Shown piece after piece: positions 63,987 through 64,000 of a stretch of DNA of 64,000 nt (the first letter of the stretch is position 1; each line of letters starts with the position of its first letter). Where the stretch lies: NCBI GenBank assembly GCA_031835245.2, contig JAVKOQ020000005.1, positions 186,001-250,000 on the forward strand, read 5' to 3'. Source of the DNA: Balamuthia mandrillaris. Lineage: Eukaryota. The notes under the pieces were generated by a model. It was not told where the DNA came from. It searched no databases and worked only from the letters and a program-made list of their open reading frames with translations. The translations under genes were made by a program, and so were the position numbers.

Positions 63987-64000
63987 CAAAAGACAAAGTA

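Overview
Gene-dense, intron-rich eukaryotic DNA, not prokaryotic. GT-AG introns, microsatellite-filled introns and the gene content suggest a free-living amoebozoan, possibly Balamuthia/Acanthamoeba-like (inference). About 27 protein-coding loci: sterol C24-methyltransferase, LYRM7-like, Aurora kinase, bacterial-type GH38 alpha-mannosidase, GRAM coiled-coil protein, GT-A-like protein, EEP/TDP2-like, Gemin8-like, SET methyltransferase, F-box/WD40, Ras, metallophosphoesterase, TF-like protein, classical PTP, JmjC, methylmalonyl-CoA mutase, SH3+EF-hand, Fe-S L-serine dehydratase, F-box/ankyrin, APP1-like phosphatase, PH-RhoGAP, a secreted 742-aa protein, WW-PRMT, Munc13-like, Rab and two small unknowns. 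There is also a probable MYND pseudogene and two identical tRNA-Ser(GCT) genes flanking Ras. Highlights: (1) an intronless secreted protein whose motifs match, in order, the C-terminal domain of animal basement-membrane proteins FRAS1/FREM/ECM3; (2) an intergenic 36-bp pre-miRNA-like hairpin; (3) tRNA-free B-box elements and a recurring TGWCGACA motif in intergenic DNA; (4) a PRMT2-like enzyme with WW in place of SH3; (5) a bacterial-type GH38 with a eukaryotic membrane anchor. Exon boundaries were read by eye, and homologies were recognised from memory, not by search.
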